From: Raillietiella orientalis | Taxonomy: Eukaryota | Length of the DNA stretch: 64,000 bases | Direction: 5' to 3' | Assembly: GCA_036172245.1 (NCBI GenBank) | Contig: JAYWIR010000017.1 | Coordinates: 1,984,001 to 2,048,000 of the forward strand | In this document: one piece after another, positions 51,190-64,000 of the stretch | Layout: each line of letters opens with the position of its first letter | How positions within the stretch are numbered: the first letter of the stretch is position 1 | Program-made: the position numbers and the translations under genes | Notes under the pieces: generated by a model | What the model saw: only the letters and a program-made list of their open reading frames with translations | What the model was told of the DNA's origin: nothing | Database searches by the model: none

Positions 51190-51780
51190 CTGGAATCGAA
51201 GCATCACGTCGACAGTAGCGATTCAAAGAGATGCTAAAATTCCCTGTCGGGGCTGTAGCTAGAAAAGAGATCAGAAAGCAACACTAAGAGGCAAAAACAG
51301 TCTTTCCTCCTTCCATTTCATTCATGCGCGAAAGCACGCTCTGTTTTGCTTGAACCCATTGGAGAATGTTGGTGACAGTAGAGAGCGTGCTGGCATCAGA
51401 CACGATTCCTTTGAATGATGGCGTTTTTCCATGAATGGATTGTGGAGCTCGGAAGATCGAAAACTTGGAACAAGAAAGACAGTCTTACGAGGAGAATGAC
51501 GCAAGTAAAGGCGTGCGCCATCACGCAGACCTCTTGTCAAAGCAGAAAAAATTCTTCTCGTGAGGGATCGGCATGCAGTGTATCCCTTTCACAAAAAAAA
51601 ATAAAACTATGTTTTAGATATGTAGCTAAACGATTTCTTTCCACAGACACGATATTATGTTAGGAGGAAGAGGAGTGGAGAGAGGCCGCGCTCCGGTCCA
51701 TGATTCACATTTTGTAATGTTTTCAAGAAACAGTAGAATCCTTTCATGTGGAATGGGAGAATGCTTTCTCGTCAGAAATG
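51190..51780 (+). mobile_element. Decayed Gypsy-type integrase fragment
   Basis: IQRDAKIPCRGCS*K (zinc-finger CxxC, 51245-51256), in-frame SFHFIHA (~F..IH.D), AFFHEWIVELG (~AF...WI..FG), NPFMWNGR (~SPF....GR). Confidence 0.5.
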
Positions 51781-53389
51781 ATATCCAGTAGTCCCTTCTT
51801 GCTTGCTCCGGGGATGGGTTGCTGTATTTTGGAGGTAGTACTTCCTGCACGAGAAAGTTCGAAACGATTTTTGGCTACAGACCGAACTGCCAAAGTTAGC
51901 GGCTGTTTGCTCACGTGAGAAAGTTGAATAGGTCTTGATTGTGACATCGAGCAGGAAAGTGGCGGAGATGCTCAGGAACGGATGCAATTATAAACACGAA
52001 AGAGCTATTAACACCCAAGCCAATAAATCCATCTTAACGGATGGATCCCGTGGTTTACGATGAATTTGGCCAATTTATAGTCGCCAGTAACGATTTTAGT
52101 CACAAATGTTGCATGACAACTCGGATGCTTTAACTTACCGGTTTTCAAGCCATTCCTGATTTACAGGATTGAGGAGTTGATTTCAAAAATCACTTAGCTT
52201 GACACTACGGGGACAGAAATCGCGCGAAATCAGAAAGGAAGATGAGAGTTTTACTCGGATAAATCGTGTGCTTTTGAAACAAGAAAAATAAAGGAAGGAA
52301 GAAAAGGTACTTTTTGAACAGGAAAGGAAGACCGCAGGATGCAAGAATGGAGAGAAATCAGTCTTCTCAACCAAAATGTCACGGTTGCGGATTTTGCAAG
52401 CGGAAACCAAAGCAGCAGCATCCAGCAGATCAAAAAACTTGTGAGACTGAACGAAATCAACTTGGGGTAGAGCATCTTTGGGGTAGTTGGCGTTTTCAGG
52501 ATGGCCTAAAGCCGTGATTACACTTCAAGTAAATTACAGGATCAGGTTCGTCTAAGTTGTTGAGTATGTGCCATTCCGTCAGTGAGAAAGTGAGCGAGTG
52601 CCTCTGTCAACTCTTGGAATCCCGTGAAAACAAAAAACAAGAGACCTTTCCTTTCACCACTCTCAATCCTCCGATATCTCGGTTCTTCGTGTTATTTTCC
52701 AGTGAGAAAAACCACTCCTTTCATAACAAACAATGACCTCTGAGCGGCACCGCGACGTCGCACCGGTAGAGTCATTCCATCTGATGTGGTTTGTAAAAGA
52801 TGATTGTGACCTCAAAGTGGCACTTGAAGACAACTGACCTCCAGTGCTAACTGAGGTGTTCAGCAAAGGAACTAAAAATTGACAGGAAGAGAGACGTCGG
52901 GAATAAACGGCGATTTGTTCCGGGACTTGCTGCTGCAGAAACATTCAAGGATCTCCTAAGAAGGGGGGGAAATGTACCTTACTTTAGGTGATCTTAGCTA
53001 AAGCAGTCAAGTTTCGAATCACGAAACCAGGTGCTTTATAGCTGCAGAACCATCAGACCATAAACCTTGCATTGAGGCCTCAGTAGTTACGGCTGATAAC
53101 GATCCGAAGGCAGCCAGCGGCGATGAATGCAGCTGAGGAGAGTCGAAGCTTACCTGCTCCGGATACACACCCATATCTCAGGTTACGTTTTGCGCAAAGA
53201 ACTGCGGTGAAAACAACCGCTTCTCCAATGCGAAAGTACTCATAATTGGTCCAAGGATACAAAAGGATGCGAGGAGAAATCAGAAATTAACCCCCCCTCC
53301 CCCCATCTCAAAGTAAACACACGAGAACTCATGTCCTGTCTTCGCTGTCGTAGCACTCTCAAGAAAGTCAATCCTGCTCAAGCTCTTCG

Positions 53390-53697
53390 AAAGATCTTTG
53401 ACACCGGAAACTGGGGCGAAATCATTCTTCGTGCTCCAAGACTGGACTACCAGGGTGAGTGCTAGTGAGAGAGGAAGAGTAACGAAACAAAATGAACCGC
53501 TTTTTCTTCTTTCCTTTCCTCTTCTTCTATGGGGATTTCACATTCGTCTTGAGACACAGCACTGGCTTACGGACGGAGTAAGACATTCAAGTTCATTGCA
53601 TTTGGATTCCGGCTTTGATTTATCTGTACAGATGACACCACGCCATCTGGAGCTAAAGGTTCATAGGGTAAAGCATTCTTTGTACATGGAGGAGTAA
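53390..53697 (+). mobile_element. Decayed Gypsy-type RNase H fragment
   Basis: IFDTGNWGEIIL (~DAS..G.G.VL), TRVSASERGRVTKQNEPL (~SR.LS.AE..Y...E.E.L), FPLLLWGFHIRLETQH (~F..YL.G..F.LETDH). Confidence 0.45.
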
Positions 53698-54499
53698 AAT
53701 GTTAAAATCTAAGGCAAGCCAAAGGTTCGACTCTAGCAGCTAAGCAATGAGAAACTGATCATTGAGGATGTAGCTCTTGAGTATGCAGTCATTTCTGTCT
53801 CTATGATATAATTGAATTCACTCGTCTATTGGAAAAAAAAAAAGAATAAATGAATAAAGGAAAACTGATTTTTTTTACTTTTTCTTCTGTTTGAATAAAC
53901 GAGAAATTTTCGAAACATCTCACGAATTTTTCTTGTGATAACAGTAACAGAGATTTACACCAGATTTCCAGTTCTTATAATGGTCAGGTCATTTCCTGAT
54001 GAATAAAGCGGTCAAAAATGAAACGGAAAGAAGTTCTGATCTCCTAGTGATAGAACATGTCGTTACACTCCTGTATGAGCGACTTCAATGATTTACCTGC
54101 AGTAGTCTGCATTCAACCATTTACCTGTCTAGAATCGAATAGGATTCGCATCAGCCATTGAAACAGTGAGGTCAAAAGAATGCTTATTAGCAATCCAGAT
54201 ACAGAAGCTGTGAGTTCATGCATACATGCAAAAAAAAAAATCATTACCTAGGAGTGACAGCAAGAATAAACCTTTTCTTTGAAAACAGCATCACAAACAT
54301 GGAAAATTACCAATGGCAGGTGGAGAGTAGTTAAAAGGGAGAACTTACCTATTCGTCAAAGTCACCAATCTCAGTGAATCCATACGAAGTTTCTTTTTTT
54401 TTTCTGTGTTTCTTTCTCATGTCAGTACTCTGCAGATGCATGCAGATCTTTTGATCTAGAAGTCATTTCTAGTGTTTTGATCATTTTCTCTCAAGAATC

Positions 54500-54870
54500 C
54501 CCTGTTTCCGTAATCCTGTTTTTCTGTTGACTTGTGAACGCAACTGCGATCGAATAGAGTGCCTTAACCTCCTTGTCAAATGTTTTTTTTCGCTGCAGCA
54601 AGTGTTTAGAATGGCATGTCTTTTATTCAGATGAAAGTGCTGAGATTTCTCTCCTTGGACTAATCTTTTAAGATTCGTCATGGTGACGAATCTCCAGTAG
54701 CTGCATTAGGGCGTTCCTTGGAATAAGGAAGCGAGCGAGAGCTCTCCTGAAGGCATACCAGTAGCAGCAGTTCCCATATTGCTCCCCAAACTCTGGTTTT
54801 TGCTTGTCGTCTTCTGACAGCCACTCTAACGTGGAACTTTCGCTCATCCTCTTTCTTCATGCCTTCCTTT
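54500..54870 (-). mobile_element. Possible decayed Tc1-like transposase fragment
   Basis: EDERKFHV (~SDE.KF), RVWGAIW (~MVWGAI), PNAA (~NA..Y), FHLNKRHAILNT (~FQQDNA..HT). Spacing between the first two motifs is shorter than expected. Confidence 0.35.
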
Positions 54871-55129
54871 GTTTTACCTGACAATGGAGGATCTGAGAGA
54901 GAGATCTTGCTTCATGAATGTGAAATATTTGTGCCACGAGGGACATTCATTCAACGACTGTCTACGCGAATTTCACATTTCGGAGAATGAAAAGGAACCA
55001 GAAATATTTGCGGACTAAGTTTCCTCATTTTATGCTATAATTTTAGCTCATCTCCTTCAAAATCTTTCACCAGATACGAGCGGATCGATTGTTCTTTCAC
55101 ATGGCGAGCCACATTTTCTGGTTGATTTA

Positions 55130-56650
55130 TTGTTTCGGAATAATCAAGATGTAGTGATCATACCTATTTAAAACAATACAAAGTGGCAGTCTGCATAATT
55201 ATTTGGAATAATGATTTATGGCAGGTATCTAACGAACGTACAATGGTGGCATCAAATGAGGTTTAACAAGGGCAGGTCATATTTATGAAGATAAGAAATT
55301 TTATGGAATGCGAACAGTTCGGGATGAGCGATTGCCAGATAGATGGCCCTCAAGATCAAGATCTTGTCATCTTTCGTCATGAATTTTTAAAGCATACAAA
55401 AGCAACTCCCTTGGATTTGTTCAAAAGGGATGAACAAAATAATCATTGTGAATCGAGCACAGTTCCTGCGTTCTGAGTTTTGAAAGCATGGTTTTGGAGA
55501 TGGATTCGGTCTCTGTGAAAATCTCTGATCTAGGGATTTCAAATGCTTTTCTTCGTAGAAGAGACAGTCAGGCAGCATGCATTTCTAATAATAGTTCTTT
55601 TTCCGAACGGAATTAAGCGGACAGAATTCGAAATTTCGAATTTCAGCTTGGGAAAAGTGTTAAGACTACTATTGAATAGTATTCATCTAGCATAGACTAG
55701 TAGTGTTCCAAAGCATCTGGCATACATGCACATTTCATCTTTGCACCTTTCTCCCTCTCTTTTTCTTCGTCGGTGAGAACCGTAAATTCAAACTCCAGAA
55801 CTCCGAAATCGGGAAAGAGACGAAGAGAGGGCAATTATTTTAAAGAATGCGTTTCGATAGAAATTTGAATCCAAGATGAGGACTCGAAAGCGCGATCACT
55901 GCTTTGTGATCGTCTGAAAGGTGTTGCTGTTGATACTGATGGCAGAAATAGAAAGCCAAAAAGCAGAAGACACTTGAAGATTCAAAGCAAAGTTTCTGAA
56001 CTTTGGAGAAGCTTCGAAAGTTTTGGCACGATCCCGCAAAGTGGCTGCAAAATGTTTTTCGAATCCCTTGCCCATTCTGGGGAAATTCTGCTGATGCCTT
56101 TCCAGGATTGTCTTTTTTATTTTAACTCTGGAGAATCTTTTCCTTTCTGAAGGGGTAAGAGCAAAGATCTAAGATCTTGTCTAAGCAAAAGGGTACGGGA
56201 GCCAAACTGGTCTCAAGTCGATAGCAAAGATCATGCTTTTTCAAATACTATGGAATTCAAATGTACAGAAGCAAAACTTTTGCGACATTGATGGAAACAG
56301 GTGGCATCTGCTTGGATATGCTCGCTCTTTTGCGATCTTTGGAAACTTTCGAGAACATCGTCCCGTGATGGAGAAAGCCGCAAGAGAACGACCTGCTCTT
56401 TCAACTGAGCTCTTCCTGACCGACATCAACACCTTACCCAAATACATCTTCATTTGAATGCAAAAAGAATGATGCAGGGATGCCATACTTGAAGGTCTGA
56501 CAGAAAAGATGCATCCAGATAAGAAGTCGGAGCTGTGACATTTAAAGGAAGCTTTCCTTTGTTTCAGAGGATTCATCCGATTCCCAGATGGACGTAAACA
56601 TATTTTGGGAAGGAAATCTTCAGCGGAGCCATTGGAATTTTCACTTTTCT
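55130..56650 (+). mobile_element. Decayed LINE (CR1-like) RT in two pieces (~55130-55420 and ~56230-56650)
   Basis: VVIIPI, YLTN...HQMRFNKGRSYL (~QHGF.KGRSCL), DLVIF/VMNF/KAY (~D.IYLDF.KAFD); then KYYGI, LLGYARSF, ALSTELFLTDINTLPK (~LSP.LF..YINDLP). The order is as expected for RT. Confidence 0.55.
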
Positions 56651-58549
56651 GATGAAGGAATCACTCACAAGTCTACTGACTTCAGCAGTCAAATCAGTTC
56701 GTACTCATGTCAAGATAAAGATTTTGTCCCACTTAAGTGCTCAAAAGGAAAAGATGCTCGCTAACATTTCCAAAGCATTCTCGGTTACTTTGTAGACGAA
56801 TTCTTCTAAGAGTTCTTCGTCATTTCGCTTAGCAGATGCTTTCCAGATCTTTTTGGTGCTTATTTTAGAGGAAAAATGCAGGCATCTGGGTTTCGTCTCG
56901 AACCCTAATTATTAAGAGAAGACAGCTGACGAGCTGGAACGTTTTGAGCGAAAAAAGACAAACTGTTTGAGATTAGAGGAAAATCATGCAAAAGAGGGGA
57001 GGAGAAAGCTAAAGAGAAAGAAACCATCAGCTCCAAAATCAAGAAATATGCATTCTAGATGTGATTCCTTTGTGAAGGAGTGTCAGAAATTAATGGGTGG
57101 AAGGGGAAGAAAAGACATTGTTTTTATTCCAATCGCAACGACAATTTGTCAGGAACATGAATTGTCGTTTACATCTGATCTGTAGGTGCTTTTCTTCTTT
57201 AACCACCCAGGACCGCCTTCCAAAAATAGACAGCCATCTACTCGTTCAAGAATACTCGACAACCAATAACGGTCTAAGAATAAAGCACAACTCCATGAGA
57301 CCATCTCCACGAAGCGCACGAAGAATAAATAGAAGAAACCTGACTTAGGTTACCAAAGTTGCTACCAGCCGAATCGAGGGCAGAGATTTGAAACCCGACC
57401 ACAGAAACAAGTAATCTTTTGTAAAATCGAAGATCGAACAAATTCAGCTAAGAACAAATCAAAATCAGTGTTCCATTACTAACTGATGCAATTTGCCATC
57501 ACGTATCTTCATGCTTTCATAGTCTTCTTACATCTGCGACTGAGTGTTTAGAGTGGCTCAGAGTGCAAAATTGTTACACAACTGAGGAACTTCACAACGA
57601 GCTAAAGTTTTATCCCCGTTACTTGTCAACAGTTTTTGTTGAAAAAACTTTAAACTCATTAGCGTTTGAAACTTCCGTTTCTCTTGGCGTGACAGGATAG
57701 GAGATTCATCAAAAAAGGAGATCAGAGCAAAACGCTCCAGTAATCCCGAAAGGAGTTTTGAAAGGACTCCATGCAATTGGTGTTTTGTTTTTCAAACAAA
57801 ACATTTCAATCACGGCATTGCTTGCAAGTTGCTACTTTGGTTTCCAACACTATAGTCTTTTAGAAGATGGGTTTTTGAACATTCGGCCAACTTTGCAGCT
57901 GCAGAAACCATAAAAATAGAAGTCCTTCGATACCTCCGCTGCTTTGATTGCGCCTTTCATATGGCTGAAGCAATCACTACATAAAATGGGTCGGATGCAA
58001 GGTATAAGTACACGATCCTGTATTTGACCAAGGTGCTTGGAAGGAAAATAGGCTCGAATTTCTCACGAGGAAGCAAAAAATCTCCAGAACCTAATTTGCG
58101 AAACGATGTTCCAGGTAATTCCCATTCAGGTATTTGAGCAAGATTGTGTATACTCGTTTACTTTGCTTGATTCTTTTCTCCACATGGTCTACCTGGAAGC
58201 CTTCGAAGAAAGAAACTTCATTCTGACATTCATGAAAAGTGGAGAAGATATTCTGAACGAAGAAGGAATGCTTTTGACTGTGAAACTCGTGACATGAAAC
58301 TCACGACATGAATGACATATCCAGTGCCCGCTGTGCTGGAAGAATGGGAGGAAATGGCTACTGCTTGACGATGCATGACATACCATATACTTTGTTTCTC
58401 TTCCCACTGCCGTGCTTGAAATGGGAAAGGCGAACCGACCCCTCCAGCCAACACTGATACACTTTCTGGTTACCTACCATCATCATCTGAGGCTTATTTA
58501 CCATCCTGGACTTCAGTTTTTCTCTAGAGACGCTACCAACTGCTTTTCT

Positions 58550-58870
58550 TTCTTCCGTCGGTATTGGTTCAAATTCCCCTTCGTTCTTTCGATGCCGAAA
58601 CAAGGTATGGTGATGTTCGGCTTAGGACCAATCCCTATCATCATCAATTCTTTTCAAATCTTTGGAGGTTTTACTGCTTTGGAAATCAGCTTTCCACTTA
58701 TTCTCGTAAAGAGAAAAATCATGGAAAACCATCTTGATAACAGCGATCTCATTAACCACTATCTTGTTTTCAAATGGCTATAGTAATAGAAAGAAACTCT
58801 CTCCTCCTTTCGGGATCTGCAGAGCATCCACTCCAAACTTTTTCCTTTCTATTTCTTCTTCACCATCAGT
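58550..58870 (-). mobile_element. Possible retroelement integrase-core relic
   Basis: Long frame with two stops: KKFGVDALQIPKGGESFFLLL*PFENKIVVNEIA...DFQS...NEGEFE, loosely resembling GVD...RAVHLE...NF...GG.WE. Same strand as the adjacent BEL/Pao-like relic. Confidence 0.28.
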
Positions 58871-60079
58871 GGGACCCTTGTACATTTCATTCTCTTGTTC
58901 CCAACCCATAAAGGCTGGAATTCGTAGCTCTTGAAGGACAAAGCGTTGAAATGCCTACAAGATTCCGAGTAAAAATGAAAATGTTTTCCTCCCAATCCTC
59001 AAATTCCTCGATTTCTAAGCCACGGTTTCAATTGATGATCAGGTTTCCAGGAGCTCACTCTCGTAGATTTTATCATGAAAGTCACGATCAGCGGAACGTG
59101 ACGAAACAATCGATCAGCTATGATGCTGCTTTTCATCTCATTCGGAAAAGTTGATCTCAAAAAAGATCTTCAGGGTGACCTTCGAATGACAATTCATGGT
59201 GATTGCACGTGACTCTAAAGCTGGCTACAGCCATGTCGAAATCCATCCCGTTCGAGGGGGGAGGAGGGAGGCAATTTTCCGAGAAAACTTTGCCTTGAAT
59301 ATAGAATGTTGTTCAGGTACATCTCATACATATTCCTGTTCCTGCCACTTGATCGAATTTCGGGCTCCTCATGGGCCACGGCCTCTGTTTACTCCCGATA
59401 AACTACCCAGCTCCTTTCGATCCTTTCGCATCGGTTCCGAGAACGCGAGGAAAACCTTGGGTTACTTTGCTTTTTTTTTTGCTCTTCGGAACTTCCTTCC
59501 TGCCTTGGAGCTCGAATCAAAGCCAGCTGACTGGTGATTGTGGCCTCAACATGTTCCCGTAAACACAACACATACATGCACGAACACATCATTATGTGCT
59601 TCCGTTACTTCGCAAAATGGGGTAGTGCGTTAACCCGTCGGCTGAGCGGCGCAGATATGCTGCTACACATAGAGATGCGAGAGAGCACCAAACGGGAGAG
59701 GCTCCCTCATGCCTCCTGAGAGTAGGAAGAACTCATCTGACAGTGCTGGAGATGAAGATGTGCCTCTCTTTTTCTTTGCCTTTCGACCTTTTTTTTTTTT
59801 TTTTGTCTGCCGCCCGGACTGTTGCTTCAACGGAGCAGGAGTGTCAGCCATGTTTCTTCCTTATTTGCGCATCGCTAAATGGGAATTCACACAGAATTTT
59901 TGCAGGTTCACTCTACTGCCAAGGAAGGCTTCTCAGGCACGTGAAGAACGGAAAAGGGTCCTAAGAGAACCTGTTGCCATGGGTCCGAGGCGATACGGAG
60001 TCAGGTTGCACAAGAAACACGTCACCTATTTCTGATGCATCTGGGAGAGATTTTGGAAATAAACAAGCCTGTTGCTGAC

Positions 60080-62620
60080 CCAAGTCCACTTTCTGGAAGG
60101 CCCTGCAACGATCAGGTTCAGGTGTTTCTTTCCAAAGAAGGGTGTTTCCACCCCAGACCAATCTATGCTCCTGTATCCCTCCGTGAAGTGATGCTCAGAC
60201 CAATTTGTACTCCCCCTTGGTGAGGTCCTGACCTTACGAAGGAGGAGTCAACGCAACCCAGTACGCACTTGCAAACGAGCACATGCGCTCAGGAGATGAC
60301 CTCTTGGATCAAGAACTCAAGGATAATTCGTTCGGCATTCCTTGGTAGAATCCTGAAGGGAGAATGCCAAGCTCATGGCCATGGCAGCTTTTCTCGGCTT
60401 TTCCGGCTTCTCTTAAGTCTTCTCTTTGGCGTCCGATGTTTCCTGGAAAGAGCTACACGGGTCTCTCTAGATACCAGTGGAGTCCAGTGGAAGCACCCTA
60501 CCAAAAATCTAGTTGGAGTCCCTTTCAGTTCGCCCCGGCGGCATCAGCGGAATCAACAGGAAAGAGGAAAATTTGAGAGCCTTGAGAAATAGCTCCCACG
60601 GCAGAGGCGGTCCGCTAAATTCCGCGCTCCCTGTGGGTGTGCACGGCGCCACTTCCTAGCAAAGTTCGCTGTGGAAGACTTCCGGGACTCTGCAAGGTTT
60701 CCCACTCCCCGGGTATCGCAGTCCTCCTGGAGGCAGCTCAGTCTCCTCTTCCAGGGCATGTTTCAGCTGACCATCGAATTGTGGAGGTGACGCCTACGGA
60801 AAAGCACCTCGTGGTGCAAGAGTGGGAGAGCTGCGTCAACTCTTCTCCTGAGGGACTCGTGAGTCAGTCCTAGACGCCTCGTGGTGGCCTGCATCCGAAC
60901 CTAAGGTCTCACAGCTGGTACATAGGATTCTTTCTGAGTGCTCCCGCGTTGCGTCCTCGAGAAAAACCTGCTTCCTTGGACTTTTTTCCCCAGTGTCCAC
61001 GGAGATCTCACGAGTGGGTCCCTCCACTCAGTTCTTTCGCGGACGTCGGGAATCTCCCATCCTTGCCAGCTGTATGGCTGAGCTTTCCTCCCTCTCCTCT
61101 TGAGCCCGACCTCCTTATATGAGCAGGTAGCTCCTGATCTTACGCTGGCGTTTCACATACCCTTGCAAAACACCCAAGTCACCTTAGGGAGGTGTACCCC
61201 TTCCGGTCCTGGAATCGGCGGAAGTGATGGTGAGTCAGAAAGGAAGTCCTTCATTCGGACCGCAGTGATCAGGGAGAAACTGAAAGGCAACCTTGGATTC
61301 CATCCACTCTTCTTACTCTGACTAGGCTCCCAACAGCCGCGGTAATCGCAGAATGAGCGAGTCCAACCTGATCCGACCCACCTCCCGAGGTCTTCTCCCT
61401 CCTGAAGAGCACGCTCTTTCTGTCTGGGGGAGGTGAAACTCGGTGAGCTCCTGTGCCTGCAGCTGCACGCCGGCGTTCCTCCTCTCATGTCTGGAATTGC
61501 TTGTAAGACGGCTAGTCACGCTGCACTGAAAGAGGAAGGGGTAGGTTGCGAACGAGCGTTTCCCTCACTCCCACTTTTCGCTTTTCTTCAGCACGGGCGC
61601 ACAACAGGACGGCGCACACCACTGTGCCTCTGTACCACCCCATCATCTTCCCCTCCAAGGTGCGAACGGATGTGTAAGGAAAGGAGGAGGAAGCACGAGT
61701 AGAGAACTCTCCATTCCTTCCTTTTCCCCAAAAGGCTGCGCTCTCTCATTCTCCCTCTATAATTTCAAGAGCCTCCCTACCCCTTCCAGCCGATGCAAGA
61801 CCGTGGAGTTTGGAAAAGAACTCAGGACGTCCATGAATTGGTCGGTATCTGACCACAGCTCTTCCCCCTCCTGAAGTTTAACCCACGCCGCCACGGGAGT
61901 TCTCTTTCTTCCTTCGCTTTTCCTGCCCTCTTTCAAGATCTCCTTCTGGAGAGATTGGGTTCGAGGCGGAGGAACTTCGGGAACGAAAACGACCGGCAGC
62001 TTCCAGGGGTCCGGTCCGTTCCAGGAGCGACTTGACAAAGGGAGAGGAGGGGGAAAGGGAGAAGGGCTGGGGCAGAGCCCGGAGAACGGCCTATGGGTCG
62101 CGGAATCCTTTGAGTTCAACTCTCAAAGCGGTCCCGCCCCTCCTTCGCACCGGGTCCAAGGCACCAGGGAAGATCAGAAGCATCCAGTCCATCCTGAGTT
62201 CTTCTGGGAGGCTGAGGGAGGTCCACGTCTTTGGCAGGCGGCATCCCTTGCGTGCAACCGGCGTCGACCAAGGAGGCACCTTTCCTGCCGCCGTCACCGC
62301 TCTTCTTTCATTTCTTCCGTTTCCCTTCCAGAAAGCGCGATTCACGGAAACTCCTGCGGGATACCTGATCCACTCCTCCGATCCATTCTCCTTCATCCAC
62401 GAGGGAGGACTCTTTCCACCACCTGACTTCAAGAAGAAAAGGGAGGAGCGACAGCAAAGATGCTCCTGGTGGGTCCTACCTTCAGGTCGGTTGCTGTTCT
62501 ACGAGCGCACTCTTCTCGAGGGATCGGAGGCTCTATCCATCTTCTTCTCTCCCAGTGCACTACATGAGTGGTCTCCCGTTTCAAAGCAGTGCGGGCATCT
62601 CGAACATCAGGTAAGGGGAA
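60080..62620 (-). mobile_element. Heavily decayed BEL/Pao-like LTR retrotransposon gag-pol relic
   Basis: Ordered motifs: RCPHCFETGDH (knuckle-like), SLVDAGC (~LLDSGS protease), NAGVQL, RLLGA*, GPEGVHLP (~DPLG...P), *DQELP (~WDE.LP), DTGEKSPRKQVFL (~DASEKAYGAVVYL), WRRAHPQGARNLADRLCRG (~WRHVPG..NPAD..SRG) about 117 codons later, FHWTPL, NAERIILEFLIQ, KHP...LNLIV. Confidence 0.55.
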
Positions 62621-64000
62621 GGGAGAGGGGGAAATGCAGAAGGAAAGGAAGAGTTAAGTTTCTCCTTCTCCCTCTCCCCTTTAACCCACCTTCCAGTTTT
62701 TTTCCAGAATCAAGGGAGAGATCCCCTTTCTGGCTCTTCCCTTCTCTACCTATGACTACCTCCGTTCCATATCGAAAGACGGGAGTCAGGGTGTTTTCGG
62801 GGAAGAAAGGGGTGGGCGGAAGAAAAAGCCGGGGAGCGACTTCCCGACGCTCTCCCCTCTACCGGCTGATGCCTGGTCCATCTGGCGGTTGTCTACTAAG
62901 TTCTGGTTTCCTTGGATCCCAAGAAGTAAAAGGGAATAAGGACCGGGGTGGATTAGGAAACCCCAATAGAAGGACGCCATTGCACTCCCGATTCATAGGT
63001 ATGCTCGCCAACCCCGCTACCAGCCTTTCTAAACCAGGGACCGCATTCCAAGTATCTTTCGCTACGAGAACGTGGATCACACGGGGAGAGGAGGAACAGA
63101 GGAAGGAGGAAGCGATCAGTCGACTGCACTTCCCGCCCTTCCCCCTTAGTCACCTCAAGGGGCATCTCCCACTCTTAGCGAATTCCCGCCAAAGCATCCG
63201 TGCGAAGCGCGGTACCTCTTTTTCCGCTCCTGGCATCTTCCCACTGCACTTCCGGTTTTCCTTCCCCTAGGACGAGGAGGAGCGCACCGCTCCACCGCCA
63301 CTCCAGCCTTGTGAAACGCCTCCTTCCCTCCCTCTCTCTTCCCTCCCACATCTCTCTCACTCCCGCCCTTTCTGCTCCCGTCGCCGCCTCCGAGGACTGA
63401 GCTGATGACGTGCGCAGCGGTTCCTCTCCTGCACAAAAAGTAGGGGAAGGGGGGGGTAGAGAAAGGTAGGGACTGAGCATCGACTTATGCCTCCCGCTAG
63501 GGGAAGAATGCGTCATTGGAAAATTCTTTCGTCCTGCTCTCGGTGCCCTCCCTCCCCCCGGAGCTCTCTGTTTCCCTTGCCAGCTCTTGCGCCAGGGGAC
63601 TTCTGGTAGCAACGCAGAGAGCGAACAGTGGATCAGACAGGACGGCTTTCTCTTCCTGGTGCTCACACTATGCCCATTCTTGTCCCTCTCGCGACCCCAT
63701 CTCCCTTCTCTCTAGTCATCTCATCTGTGCCTCGAACAACTCCCAGCGGCATCCCCTTCCAAAAGGAAGCTTTTTGGTCTCTTTGGCTTGCTTTCTGACA
63801 CAGAAAAACGCGAAGGCTGCTTCAGGGGGATGAATCCTCTCGGATCGCAGCGAGTACAGACTAGGAAGGAGGAGGGACGAGGAAGTCTCATGAAAGTCTG
63901 AAGAAGGGCGTCTCTGCCAAAACGGTGAGAGCAGACCTCTTCGCACCTTGGAAGTCTGCAGCAGTCAGTCCACAGCTTCTTTGTCCAGGAAGTTGGCATG

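Noticed and set aside
55625..55642. 18-bp palindrome aattcgaaatttcgaatt (similar short ones at 13880-13898 and 13533-13570)
   Set aside because: Short and AT-rich; compatible with chance or local slippage.
62032..63270. 412-aa plus-strand ORF
   Set aside because: No ATG start and no recognisable domain; it lies antisense to the BEL/Pao-like relic.
1..64000. CRISPR array, operons or other prokaryotic systems
   Set aside because: No regularly spaced repeats or dense ORFs; spliceosomal introns show the DNA is eukaryotic.

Overview
Eukaryotic (animal, invertebrate-like) genomic DNA. The only intact gene I can support is a minus-strand UNC-5 netrin receptor (Ig-Ig-TSP1-TSP1-TM-ZU5-UPA-death domain). 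Eleven coding exons run from 21125 down to a TAG stop at 7304-7302, giving about 922 aa with consistent splice phases. The start/signal-peptide exon(s) probably lie in a GC/CpG-rich island at ~24.7-30.5 kb. The 3' introns are mostly tiny (44-52 nt) and one needs a GC donor. The most striking structure is a ~184-bp, ~95%-identical inverted copy (12599-12791) of the unc-5 intron/exon junction at 9065-9248. The two arms bracket exactly the TSP1-TSP1-TM exons, and the copy also sits in a plausible two-exon antisense ORF of 98 aa. A perfect 28-bp-stem hairpin lies in another unc-5 intron (17806-17869). The rest of the window (0-7 kb, 31-64 kb and the large introns) shows no intact gene but many decayed transposon relics: Utopia/NeSL-like, LINE RT, Gypsy, BEL/Pao, hAT, pogo, Tc1 and a THAP domain. 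These were recognised by eye against remembered motif consensus, with no database search, so treat them as hypotheses. Most long ORFs in the supplied track are GC-driven or antisense artefacts.
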